DNA of 64,000 bases. It comes from a virus. Location of the stretch: the IMG/VR virus record IMGVR_UViG_3300023502_000002. The stretch is one strand, 5' to 3'. Both the position numbers and the translations under genes were made by a program. The notes under the pieces were generated by a model, which was not told where the DNA came from, ran no database searches, and saw only the letters and a program-made list of their open reading frames with translations. Each line of letters begins with the position of its first letter. Within the stretch, counting starts at the first letter, position 1. Below are positions 54,143 to 62,900 of this stretch, piece by piece.

Positions 54143-55861
54143 TTATTCTGTTAGTATTAAACCATCGTTTTCAAGCAATATGCTGTATCCATTTTCAGTG
54201 ATTACGGTATTCCGAAGAACCTCTAGCGTTATCCTTGAATCGGCAAACTTCCATGAATTGTCAGAAAACGGCATATACCCGTCTTTCTTTACAGACAGCG
54301 ACATCGTGCTATTTGCCATACCCCGTACTTTCACTGTACCGTCAGACAATGTTTTGTACTGTATTCCACCAACAGTGACCACAGCACCCTGTATAGGAGA
54401 ACCCGATACATCTACGACCGTTATCGTTACGATAGCCTTCGGTATATAGTAGTCAATCAAATCCTGCTCGGTGAATCCGTCATTCTGTTTGGTGGGAACT
54501 GAATCGAAACCGATGGAGTTGTAGAAAGCTGAACTAATCCATCCGCTATTATGGTCAGTATTGCTAAAGAATATAGGAGTTTTAGTTTTATCACCTGTCA
54601 CATCATTGTTTACTATGGTGATTATTTGCTTTTTGTTTAACAAAGCGGAAACTATTGTAGATTCATTCAGTGTTCCATCAATATAGGTCTTGCCGTTTGA
54701 GTTCCTACTATTATAAGCAATACTACCTTTGTCATTGAATACGGCAAACAGCCAAGGTTCAGTAGTATTCAGTCTTTGGTCATAGATAAACTTTCCATCA
54801 ACAAACGGATTAATAGTAGTAAACAACACCTTAACGCCATGCTGCAAGTTCTCCACAACACCGTAATCATCCACTCCATCAGTTACTAGGGCATTAGGGT
54901 AGACTTCCTTTAATTCAATAATTACATCTGTATTAGGGTTGCTATAATCATCCGCATATAATTTAAATCCATATGGCACAGCCACATCACCCGAACCAAA
55001 TTCATATTCTCCATCTTCATATATAGACTTGTCCGATGGAGCCACATCACCCGAACCAAATTCAAGTCTGTAACCACTTTTCATCCCCGTAACAGTAGCT
55101 TTGAATTTAACCTTAACTGAACCTGTAGCAGTGTACAATCCACTACTAGAACCTTTAAGCATGGGGTTATATGTGTGGTTATTTATAAGATTTCCGCGCT
55201 GAGGTGATGAAATCCATATAGAATTATCGGAGAAATTAGTTTCATACCCACCCACACCGCTCATTGCAGCGAACAGGAAATTGTTAAGTTTCAGCGGCCT
55301 GTTGTTTCCACTGAAATCCTGCAAGTAGGGATTGGTTTTCAGTATCTCGTTTGTGGGTACGGATTGTCCTGACGGGAGTTGGGTGATGGTGATGTTACAA
55401 GCACCGACAATATTACCGTTTCTGAATGACAGATTACCGTTTACAGTTTTCAATGGCGGAATATCATAGGTTCCGTCTGATGTGATATTGACTAATTTTA
55501 CATTAGCACTATATCCCCAGTATAATTCCTGCCCGTCAACTATACCTTTCACTTCCACTTTCATTCCTGGGAAATTTTTTGTTTGGTCAGGAATGTAGCA
55601 CTTTACTGTATCGTTCAGTGTAGCAAATCTAGTTATAACAAATGAGGTGCTTGTTATAATTATATCAGCATTTACAGAGGGATGCGGTCTCCAGTCATTA
55701 AAGTTTTGGCTGTATGTATCCACAGGCTTTGACATATCATACCAAAACACCATGTGTTCTTTCACCCATTTTTCTATCACCTTGCTTATGTCGGTTTTCG
55801 CCTTTCCTGCCGACTTGACAAGACCAAGCCTTCCTATGTTAAAAAGTCCTATTTTTCTCAT
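54143..55861 (-). CDS. tail fibre/receptor-binding-like protein (572 aa)
   Basis: C-terminal ..TITVVDVSGSPIQGAVVTVGG..YKTLSDGTV.. resembles a carboxypeptidase-regulatory-like beta-sandwich. Internal 25-bp direct repeat at 54980-55004 and 55040-55064 (EFGSGDVA x2). Confidence 0.5.
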   Translation of the reverse strand: MRKIGLFNIGRLGLVKSAGKAKTDISKVIEKWVKEHMVFWYDMSKPVDTYSQNFNDWRPHPSVNADIIITSTSFVITRFATLNDTVKCYIPDQTKNFPGMKVEVKGIVDGQELYWGYSANVKLVNITSDGTYDIPPLKTVNGNLSFRNGNIVGACNITITQLPSGQSVPTNEILKTNPYLQDFSGNNRPLKLNNFLFAAMSGVGGYETNFSDNSIWISSPQRGNLINNHTYNPMLKGSSSGLYTATGSVKVKFKATVTGMKSGYRLEFGSGDVAPSDKSIYEDGEYEFGSGDVAVPYGFKLYADDYSNPNTDVIIELKEVYPNALVTDGVDDYGVVENLQHGVKVLFTTINPFVDGKFIYDQRLNTTEPWLFAVFNDKGSIAYNSRNSNGKTYIDGTLNESTIVSALLNKKQIITIVNNDVTGDKTKTPIFFSNTDHNSGWISSAFYNSIGFDSVPTKQNDGFTEQDLIDYYIPKAIVTITVVDVSGSPIQGAVVTVGGIQYKTLSDGTVKVRGMANSTMSLSVKKDGYMPFSDNSWKFADSRITLEVLRNTVITENGYSILLENDGLILTE

Positions 55862-56109
55862 TTTTCGTCCATTTTAACCCACTCATCAGATAAAAGCAGC
55901 TTCTCAAACTCTCTTGTGCCAGTGTCGTATGTTTCGTAAGGGAAATGGTATTCCGTTCCGTCCTCAGGTAACGTCATAGGCATCACTTCCATAACCTTTT
56001 CGGTATGGAGCATATAATACAGTCCGTCTGTCGATTGTCTGAAAACGGACAGGTCATCTTCCGAAAACATAATCTCGGCATCTATTTTTGGTACTATGGA
56101 AAACTGCAT
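55858..56109 (-). CDS. hypothetical protein (83 aa from ATG 56109)
   Basis: Track start 56283 would run into the divergent methyltransferase gene. The ATG at 56109 follows a -7 box. Confidence 0.5.
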   Translation of the reverse strand: MQFSIVPKIDAEIMFSEDDLSVFRQSTDGLYYMLHTEKVMEVMPMTLPEDGTEYHFPYETYDTGTREFEKLLLSDEWVKMDEK

Positions 56110-56132
56110 ATTATGAATTTTATCTATTATCG

Positions 56133-56140
56133 CAAAGATA
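56133..56140 (-). promoter_or_regulatory. -7 box TAtcTTTG
   Basis: Reverse complement of caaagata; lies 23 nt upstream of the ATG at 56109. Confidence 0.45.
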
Positions 56141-56185
56141 ATTAAAAAAAAGTTAAACGTATTGGTTGCATACGGTTTTATGTCG

Positions 56186-56193
56186 TATATTTG
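56186..56193 (+). promoter_or_regulatory. -7 box TAtaTTTG for the methyltransferase pair
   Basis: Exact motif 25 nt upstream of the ATG at 56219. Confidence 0.5.
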
Positions 56194-56218
56194 CTGAAAA
56201 TTTAAAAAAAATATAACG

Positions 56219-57514
56219 ATGAATGTATTAAGCCTTTTCGATGGAATGTCGTGCGGACGGATAACACTTTCCGAACTTGGCATTCCTGTAGAAAAATATT
56301 ATGCGTCCGAAGTGGACAAGTTTGCCATAAAGGCAACCATGCAGAACTTTCCTGACATCATACAGGTTGGTGATGTAAGAGAACTTGAAGTAAGCAGACT
56401 GGATAAGATAGATTTGATAATCGGAGGATCGCCATGTACTAATCTGTCCATGTCTGGCAAGAGAAAAGGGCTTTCAACGAAAGAAGGCATGGAGGTTCTA
56501 GACTTGCAAACGTATCTTGAATTGAAGGAGAACGGTTTTGAATTTGAAGGGCAATCCTATCTGTTTTGGGAATACATACGTATATACCACGAACTTATTA
56601 AGCGTGGTGACAATCCCAAATTCTTCCTTGAAAATGTGGAAATGGGAAAGAAATGGGAATCTGTGTTCAATGAAACAATGGGTAGGAAAGGAATACATAT
56701 CAACTCCGCACTTGTATCGGCACAAAACAGAAGGCGCATATACTGGACGGATATCCATGACGATATTCCACAGCCGGAAGATAGGGGAATACTTTTAAAG
56801 GATATCCTTGAAGAAGAGGTTGATGAAAAATATTTCTTGTCTGACAAGATGATTGAATGCTTGAAGGGCAGGGTAAAGGTGGAAAATGATCCGATATGTG
56901 TTGCGATGCGAGGGCGTGAATCAGCCTGCCTTACTCCAAAAAGAACCGAATATGGAAAAAAGATAAGAAAGGAATATGAAGCCGGGATTGTAAAGGAACA
57001 GAGAAAGAACATCCAACAGCTTGAACCTAGGGAAGATGGAAAAACCAATTGCCTTACAACAGTACAAAAGGATAATCTGATAGTTGTTTCGGGAACGATA
57101 TGTGGATTTGGAGGGAGGCATTTCCGTGAAATAAAATCTGGTAAATCATGTACACTGCTGGCAAGGGCTAGAAATGATGGAAGCACACAACCATGCGTTA
57201 TAATTGGCACTCCTAATATTGCCGATATTACAATTCCAAACAAATATATAAAGAAAAATATACGCAGTATAGACGATAAGGCTCATACATTACTTGCTAC
57301 ATCACACAAGGGAGCAATGGCAAACGGTATGACGCTAGTTGATAACGGTAATTTTCGCATTCGTAGGCTTACCCCAACCGAGTGTGCACGGCTTCAAACT
57401 ATTTCCGAATGGTATATATGGGATGGAATATCCGATACTCAGCGTTACAAGATGCTTGGGAACGGATGGAATATAGAAACAATCAAACATATATTTAAAT
57501 ATTTAAGACGATGA
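56219..57514 (+). CDS. DNA (cytosine-5)-methyltransferase 1 (431 aa)
   Basis: LSLFDGMSCG, GGSPCTNLS, ENV, QNRRRIYW, LGNGW. Confidence 0.85.
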   Translation: MNVLSLFDGMSCGRITLSELGIPVEKYYASEVDKFAIKATMQNFPDIIQVGDVRELEVSRLDKIDLIIGGSPCTNLSMSGKRKGLSTKEGMEVLDLQTYLELKENGFEFEGQSYLFWEYIRIYHELIKRGDNPKFFLENVEMGKKWESVFNETMGRKGIHINSALVSAQNRRRIYWTDIHDDIPQPEDRGILLKDILEEEVDEKYFLSDKMIECLKGRVKVENDPICVAMRGRESACLTPKRTEYGKKIRKEYEAGIVKEQRKNIQQLEPREDGKTNCLTTVQKDNLIVVSGTICGFGGRHFREIKSGKSCTLLARARNDGSTQPCVIIGTPNIADITIPNKYIKKNIRSIDDKAHTLLATSHKGAMANGMTLVDNGNFRIRRLTPTECARLQTISEWYIWDGISDTQRYKMLGNGWNIETIKHIFKYLRR

Positions 57515-58344
57515 ATGTACTAAGTTTATGTGACGGGATAGCTTGTGGACGTACTGCACTAGAGAGAGCAGACATAAAGGTAGACAAGTATTACGCAAGC
57601 GAAATAAACGAACCGTCTATCAAGGTTGCACTGGATAATTATCCCGATATAATTGAATTAGGGGATATTAGAAACTGGGACAAATGGGATATACAGTGGA
57701 AAGATATTGATTTATTGATTGGCGGAACACCATGCCAGGATTTCTCACAGTTAGGGAAAGAGAAACTGAACTTCGATGGAGAGCGTTCGGGATTGTTCTT
57801 TGAATACGTCAATATACTCAACCACATCAGACAGTTCAATCCTAACATAAAGTTCATGCTCGAAAACGTGAAGATGAAATCCGATTGGGCTGATTTGATT
57901 TCGTCACATCTTGGAGTAGACTATGTGTATATCAACAGTTCCGATTTCTCCGCGCAAATGAGAGCAAGATACTACTGGTGCAACTGGGAAATACCTGCAT
58001 GGAAGGACAAGGGAATATTGTTCAAGGACATAATCACGGACGGGTATGTGGAGAAAGACAAGTCATGGTGTATGCTTGAATCATGGAACAGGTTTGCCAA
58101 GAACCCCGAATCACTGTTGAGAAGATATAAAAAATCACTTACACCGCTTATATTCAACTCACCCGACTGTAATCCCGAAAAAGGTTTCAGAACGCCAAAT
58201 ATTACGGAAGCGGAAAGATTACAGACCGTACCCGAAGGATACACCAAGTCGGTACAACCACATATAGGCATGGGGATGTTAGGTAACGGATGGACAGTAG
58301 ATGTAATTAGTCATATTTTGAAAGGAATGAAAGGAATAAAATGA
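57511..58344 (+). CDS. DNA (cytosine-5)-methyltransferase 2 (277 aa)
   Basis: LSLCDGIACG, GGTPCQDFS, ENV, QMRARYYW, LGNGW; ATGA overlap with the upstream gene. Confidence 0.8.
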   Translation: MNVLSLCDGIACGRTALERADIKVDKYYASEINEPSIKVALDNYPDIIELGDIRNWDKWDIQWKDIDLLIGGTPCQDFSQLGKEKLNFDGERSGLFFEYVNILNHIRQFNPNIKFMLENVKMKSDWADLISSHLGVDYVYINSSDFSAQMRARYYWCNWEIPAWKDKGILFKDIITDGYVEKDKSWCMLESWNRFAKNPESLLRRYKKSLTPLIFNSPDCNPEKGFRTPNITEAERLQTVPEGYTKSVQPHIGMGMLGNGWTVDVISHILKGMKGIK

Positions 58345-58435
58345 ACCCGATAGTTAGTCATATATTTGCATTCCTTTGCGGATGCTCATTTGTCATACTT
58401 GGTGCTATTTATTTTGGAACGAAAGGAGATTGAAC

Positions 58436-58556
58436 GATGGAACGTGTAACGGATAATGTTCGGTTGAAAAAGCAACAGAAGTCCTCTCTTCCGTATTAGA
58501 GAATTGGGTGCAGACTGTATCTTGCGGAGTTTGAGGAAAAGCTAATGAAAACGAAA
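58436..58556 (+). pseudogene. degraded copy of the small early gene 42068-42244
   Basis: Alignable with 42130-42244 (..attgggt..tgtatc.ttgcggagtttgaggaaaag.taa.tgaa). Carries a ~14-nt deletion, a frame shift and a premature TAG. Confidence 0.5.
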
Positions 58557-58562
58557 TAACCA

Positions 58563-58592
58563 CTCCCCTTGCTGGTAAACGGCAAGGGGGAG
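58563..58592. terminator. bidirectional terminator hairpin between convergent genes
   Basis: ctccccttgc (58563-58572) pairs with gcaagggggag (58582-58592): 10 bp with a 1-nt bulge. Confidence 0.55.
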
Positions 58593-58600
58593 GATTGTGT

Positions 58601-59704
58601 TTATAACCCCGGACCCATAGAAAGAAGCAATGTACTTCCCTTATATGCAGCACTGTTAAGGCTTACCCATACCCTTGCAGTTCCTGCATTAATCAGTTCC
58701 GATGATATGAATATTTTCACCTTCTTGTCAATGCTGGAATTGGCGGATACTTGGAAATCTTCTATTGTTTTTCTTGATTCACCTATAACCATAGGATCTT
58801 CAAATTTCTTACTTGCAAACCTAGACATACAACTATTATTACGGAAAGAAATAAGGCTACTCGAACCGTTTCTTACTCTTACGGTAACTTCAATATATCC
58901 ACTAACGGATGGCATCACTCCACCAATTATTGTTATGCTTACGTAAGAACCAACTATCTCTATATCTCTTTTACTTACCATTGGAACAGTGTATGCTATA
59001 TGAGCAATATCGGAGTCATCCTGCTTCAATATAGCTGTACTAAGGAAAGGATAAACTTCCCAATCACCAGCAGTCATACCCCACGAGTTTACAGTAACCG
59101 TAGCGTATCCTGTTCCTATCTTCTTGTCGGCAGTAACACGCCTAGACATCTGACTGGTCTTGTGCTTAACATAGACACCGAAATAGCAATCAGCTATCTC
59201 GGCAAAGTCACCCATGTTAAGAAAATCAGTATCATGCCCCTCCGATGGCATCATTATAGCCGCAGAACAGACAAAATTACTACTTGTAAACTGATTGGTA
59301 GCAGTATCCGGGCAGGAGAATCTACTTATCGGTGGACTGGCAAGATGGTTGTATCCGTTAAAGTCGGTAAGACGACATGGGAACCTACCACCTGTCGGTG
59401 CTGTATATTTCCATCCGTTCATGCTTCCATCTGCGTGTTTTGGCGCATCCCAGTATCCTGCCATTTGAAAAGGTTTGACACCACAGTTCCCATCCCATCC
59501 TTGCCACCATTTTTCATTTGGTCCAGGTGCAAGGCTTTCGTAACGTACAGGTTTGTACCGTGCCCACGGGTTTATTTTCCCGTGGGTGTTTGCACAAGCA
59601 TACCCTAACTCATAACCATCACTAGTAGGACCGATACCAAGGGTGGCGTAAACGTCACCAGCAAGGTTTATCGGGGCTGTAATCTTTCCATTAGAGTGAC
59701 CCAT
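58601..59704 (-). CDS. putative receptor-binding/tail-fibre protein, cassette B (paralog of 495-1505)
   Basis: MGHSNGKITAPINLAGDVYATLGIGPTSDGYELGYAC..KINPW..YKP conserved with cassette A. Confidence 0.6.
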   Translation of the reverse strand: MGHSNGKITAPINLAGDVYATLGIGPTSDGYELGYACANTHGKINPWARYKPVRYESLAPGPNEKWWQGWDGNCGVKPFQMAGYWDAPKHADGSMNGWKYTAPTGGRFPCRLTDFNGYNHLASPPISRFSCPDTATNQFTSSNFVCSAAIMMPSEGHDTDFLNMGDFAEIADCYFGVYVKHKTSQMSRRVTADKKIGTGYATVTVNSWGMTAGDWEVYPFLSTAILKQDDSDIAHIAYTVPMVSKRDIEIVGSYVSITIIGGVMPSVSGYIEVTVRVRNGSSSLISFRNNSCMSRFASKKFEDPMVIGESRKTIEDFQVSANSSIDKKVKIFISSELINAGTARVWVSLNSAAYKGSTLLLSMGPGL

Positions 59705-59705
59705 G

Positions 59706-59927
59706 TTACTTTTCCTCCTGTTCTTTTACGGTAACATATCCCGAAACAAGCACAGTCTTTCCATGACAGTTAAGGATATCACAACAAATGTCACCTTTGA
59801 TAACAATAGCATTACTAAAATCCCATCCATCTTTTTCGCTCATGGTATATATTATTCCACTTGCCCATTTATTACATTTCACATTACCTTCAATGTAAAT
59901 GTCCACTTTTTTATTATTTTCTTCCAT
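59706..59927 (-). CDS. small Cys-rich protein, cassette B (paralog of 1492-1770)
   Basis: 73 aa; ATG checked; lacks the repeat insert. Confidence 0.55.
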   Translation of the reverse strand: MEENNKKVDIYIEGNVKCNKWASGIIYTMSEKDGWDFSNAIVIKGDICCDILNCHGKTVLVSGYVTVKEQEEK

Positions 59928-59939
59928 ATCGCAAATATA

Positions 59940-62900
59940 CTAATTAATTCCTAATCTCTTTTCCAATTCTCTTACTCTTTTCTTTAATCTTGTAACCTCA
60001 TCATCAACTTCTTGCAAGCCTTTCCACACAACAGGGATAAGTCTTTCATAGTCTATGGTATAATAGTCATTGAAAGCGTCTTTCACCCACTGACTATAAC
60101 CGCCGGAAAGCAAATCCTGTGCGATAAGACCGTAATTCCAGTTATCATGGTTAAACACTTCGGAATTTTCCTTGGCAACAGCGTTCCAGTGATACTTCAC
60201 ACTACGGAATTTTCGGATAATACCCATAGCGTCATAACCCTGTATATCGGTTTTCAGTCTTATATCCGAAGAGGACGCTTTGGCTGTAATTGCTCCAGTG
60301 GCTATGATATTTCCTGCTACGTGCAATTTTTGTGACGGTGAACTAGTTCCTATTCCAACTCCCGTAGTATTCATTACTGCACAAAGAGAACCTCCTGCGT
60401 AAAATGCAACTCCTGAGGAACCTTTTAAATCTAGCCAAATACCACCTTTGGAAGTTATTACTGCCGCATTGTCTATATTCCCGTCAATGTTCGCTGAACC
60501 ATTGAACGGTCTGCCCCACAAAGTTCTCGAAGTAGTAAGCACATCCGCACTAGAAGCCCTACTGTCAGCCAACGTGGAAGCACCTCCTGCCGATACAGCC
60601 ACAGACGTATTGGATGTGGATTGCAGTTCTCTCCATGCGGAAACGTTAGCACCGTTAGCCCAATATTGGTATTGTATGTGCCCATTGTGGTATGAACCAA
60701 TCTGACGCACCTGCAATTCAAAATTGTTTGTCCCTACACGTACAAGACGGATATTATCCATTTCTTTTGCAAATGTAGGAAGATAAAGGCGTGCCGAGTT
60801 TGAAACATTTCCTACATTGCTGTCAGAAGAAGAAGGGGCACTTCTCATTTGGAAGATGGCGCAGAAGTGATAACTTCTGACTTCATTCTGTGCATGACTT
60901 CCATAGGCGTACCATATCCTTCCCCAAACCGTTACTGACCTATATGGTCCGGCTCCCGATTCAGAACAAGCGAATATCTTTTTCCAACCATTATCAGTAC
61001 CACCAAGAGCGAACTGTAATGAATAAGTAGCGGTGGAATTATAATTTCTAGGTATATCCATTATATGCCAATTATCCAACATGTCCGCATTTAAATTGGT
61101 ATTCAATGTAGTAGAAGAACATTGGTAAGGTTGCGTGCCTGTGCCTACGGTGGATATGTGTCTTACTGACGTAACAGAACCCGGGAAAGAAGTGTTTCCA
61201 CTAGCATCCAATAATGTTGCTGTCCTCTTTATTGTTGTAAATATGCCCGTGTATTGTCTTGCATATATAGGTTCATTTCCATCATCAGAAGAAGCTATCT
61301 CCATCCATCCTGCACTTTCAGCAGTAGCACCGAAAGCGATTCTGCCGTAGTCGTTACTTCCGCCCTGCAAGTGTATTTGCTGTGTAGATGTGGGGGAAGT
61401 CTGCAACATATAAAGTACATGGCCACCTGATATATTCAAATCCCCTGTCATGGTGTCACCTGCTTTCTTCACGTAGCGTCCGTCAGAATAACTAGCGTAG
61501 TTTACACTGTCTAGCAACATTCTCCAAGGTCTTTTATCATCATTAAATCCGCTTCTGTATTGAATACCATTAGTGGGTGAATCTGACGCTGAGGACCTGT
61601 GATTATACCATATATCTAATCTCGTATTTTTTCCTGGAAGAGATATAACAGCACCATAATCATATATAGGATTAGCCATTCCGTCTGGCTTTGCATTGTT
61701 ATACTGTCTTATTCCTATCTGTGCCCACAAAGTATTATATCCGTCAATACCATAAGTATCTCGGTGTCTTAAAAACGAATATTCATGCAACCCGTCAAGA
61801 AGGTCTGCATTAAGATTACCCACAACAGTATTACTTACCACAATAAATGGAGCAACGCCACTTGCTACGGTAGAAGTAAGCTGACCGCTCATGTTAATGC
61901 TACCTACGCCCGTCATATCTCCGCTTACGTTAGCCGTACCGTTGAAAGGTTGACCCCAAAGGGTACGGGAAGTAGCAAGAGAGCCGGTAGTATCAGACCT
62001 ATTATAATATGATGGAAGTTCTGAGCCACTATCTGACGGTATAGTAGTGTACCAAGTTTTATTGGATATATTTGTAGTAAGACCACGGCTGTTTAGGATT
62101 GACACCTTACAATCACTGTAATCATAAAAACGCCAAAACAGTCTTACTTTCTTGGTTGTAGTGTTATAGAATAATCTCCACATTGTATAACCAAGAGCAA
62201 GAATGCTTCCGTAATAATTCAAAGACCCAACATAACTTGTACTCTCTTGATTCGTTGTATGAAATACAATACTTATCATACCTGTACCTGCGTGCCTACT
62301 ATTTACTAGAAGTGTCATACTGTTAACAGACCATCCACCCGTCACAGTACCCTCAAATACCAATCTGTACCCTTCATTATTTCCGTCACCGCCGGAAAGT
62401 GTTACATATTGGTTAACACCATCTGCCCGTAAAAATGAAGATTGATGATAACCGTCTAGTAAATCTGCATTTAAATTCTCAACAAGCGTATTGCTTGAAA
62501 CTATCAAAGGTGATACCCCTGTGGCAACCTTAGAAATATACTGCCCAGCCGTTACCTTTTTCCAATAACCAACATCATTACCTAATACCAACTGGTTGTT
62601 TTTTGCTTCTACTGGACCTACATAGTCATTTAAAATACAGAAGATATTCTCATTTCCTGCACCGAATACAAGATTACCTGCCGTATTCCTTATCCCTGTT
62701 ATATTGTTGCTGAATAATATATTTTGCGTAAACGTCTTTTGCCCTGTAATAGTTTGGTTGGTGGATAAAGTCACCCATCTACCGTCTAATACGGAAGTAG
62801 GGATATGACTTGCATCTATGATTTTACTTGAATCAGCCTTTTTCAGTTCAGCCCACATAGCATCAGCGTCAAGTCCTCCCTGTCCAGCCATGTCGTACAG

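Noticed and set aside
56557-57243. 228-aa minus-strand ORF
   Set aside because: It is antisense to the C5-methyltransferase gene, whose motifs are unambiguous, and has no features of its own.
59000-59608. 202-aa plus-strand ORF
   Set aside because: It is antisense to fibre-cassette gene 58601-59704, which has a conserved paralog.
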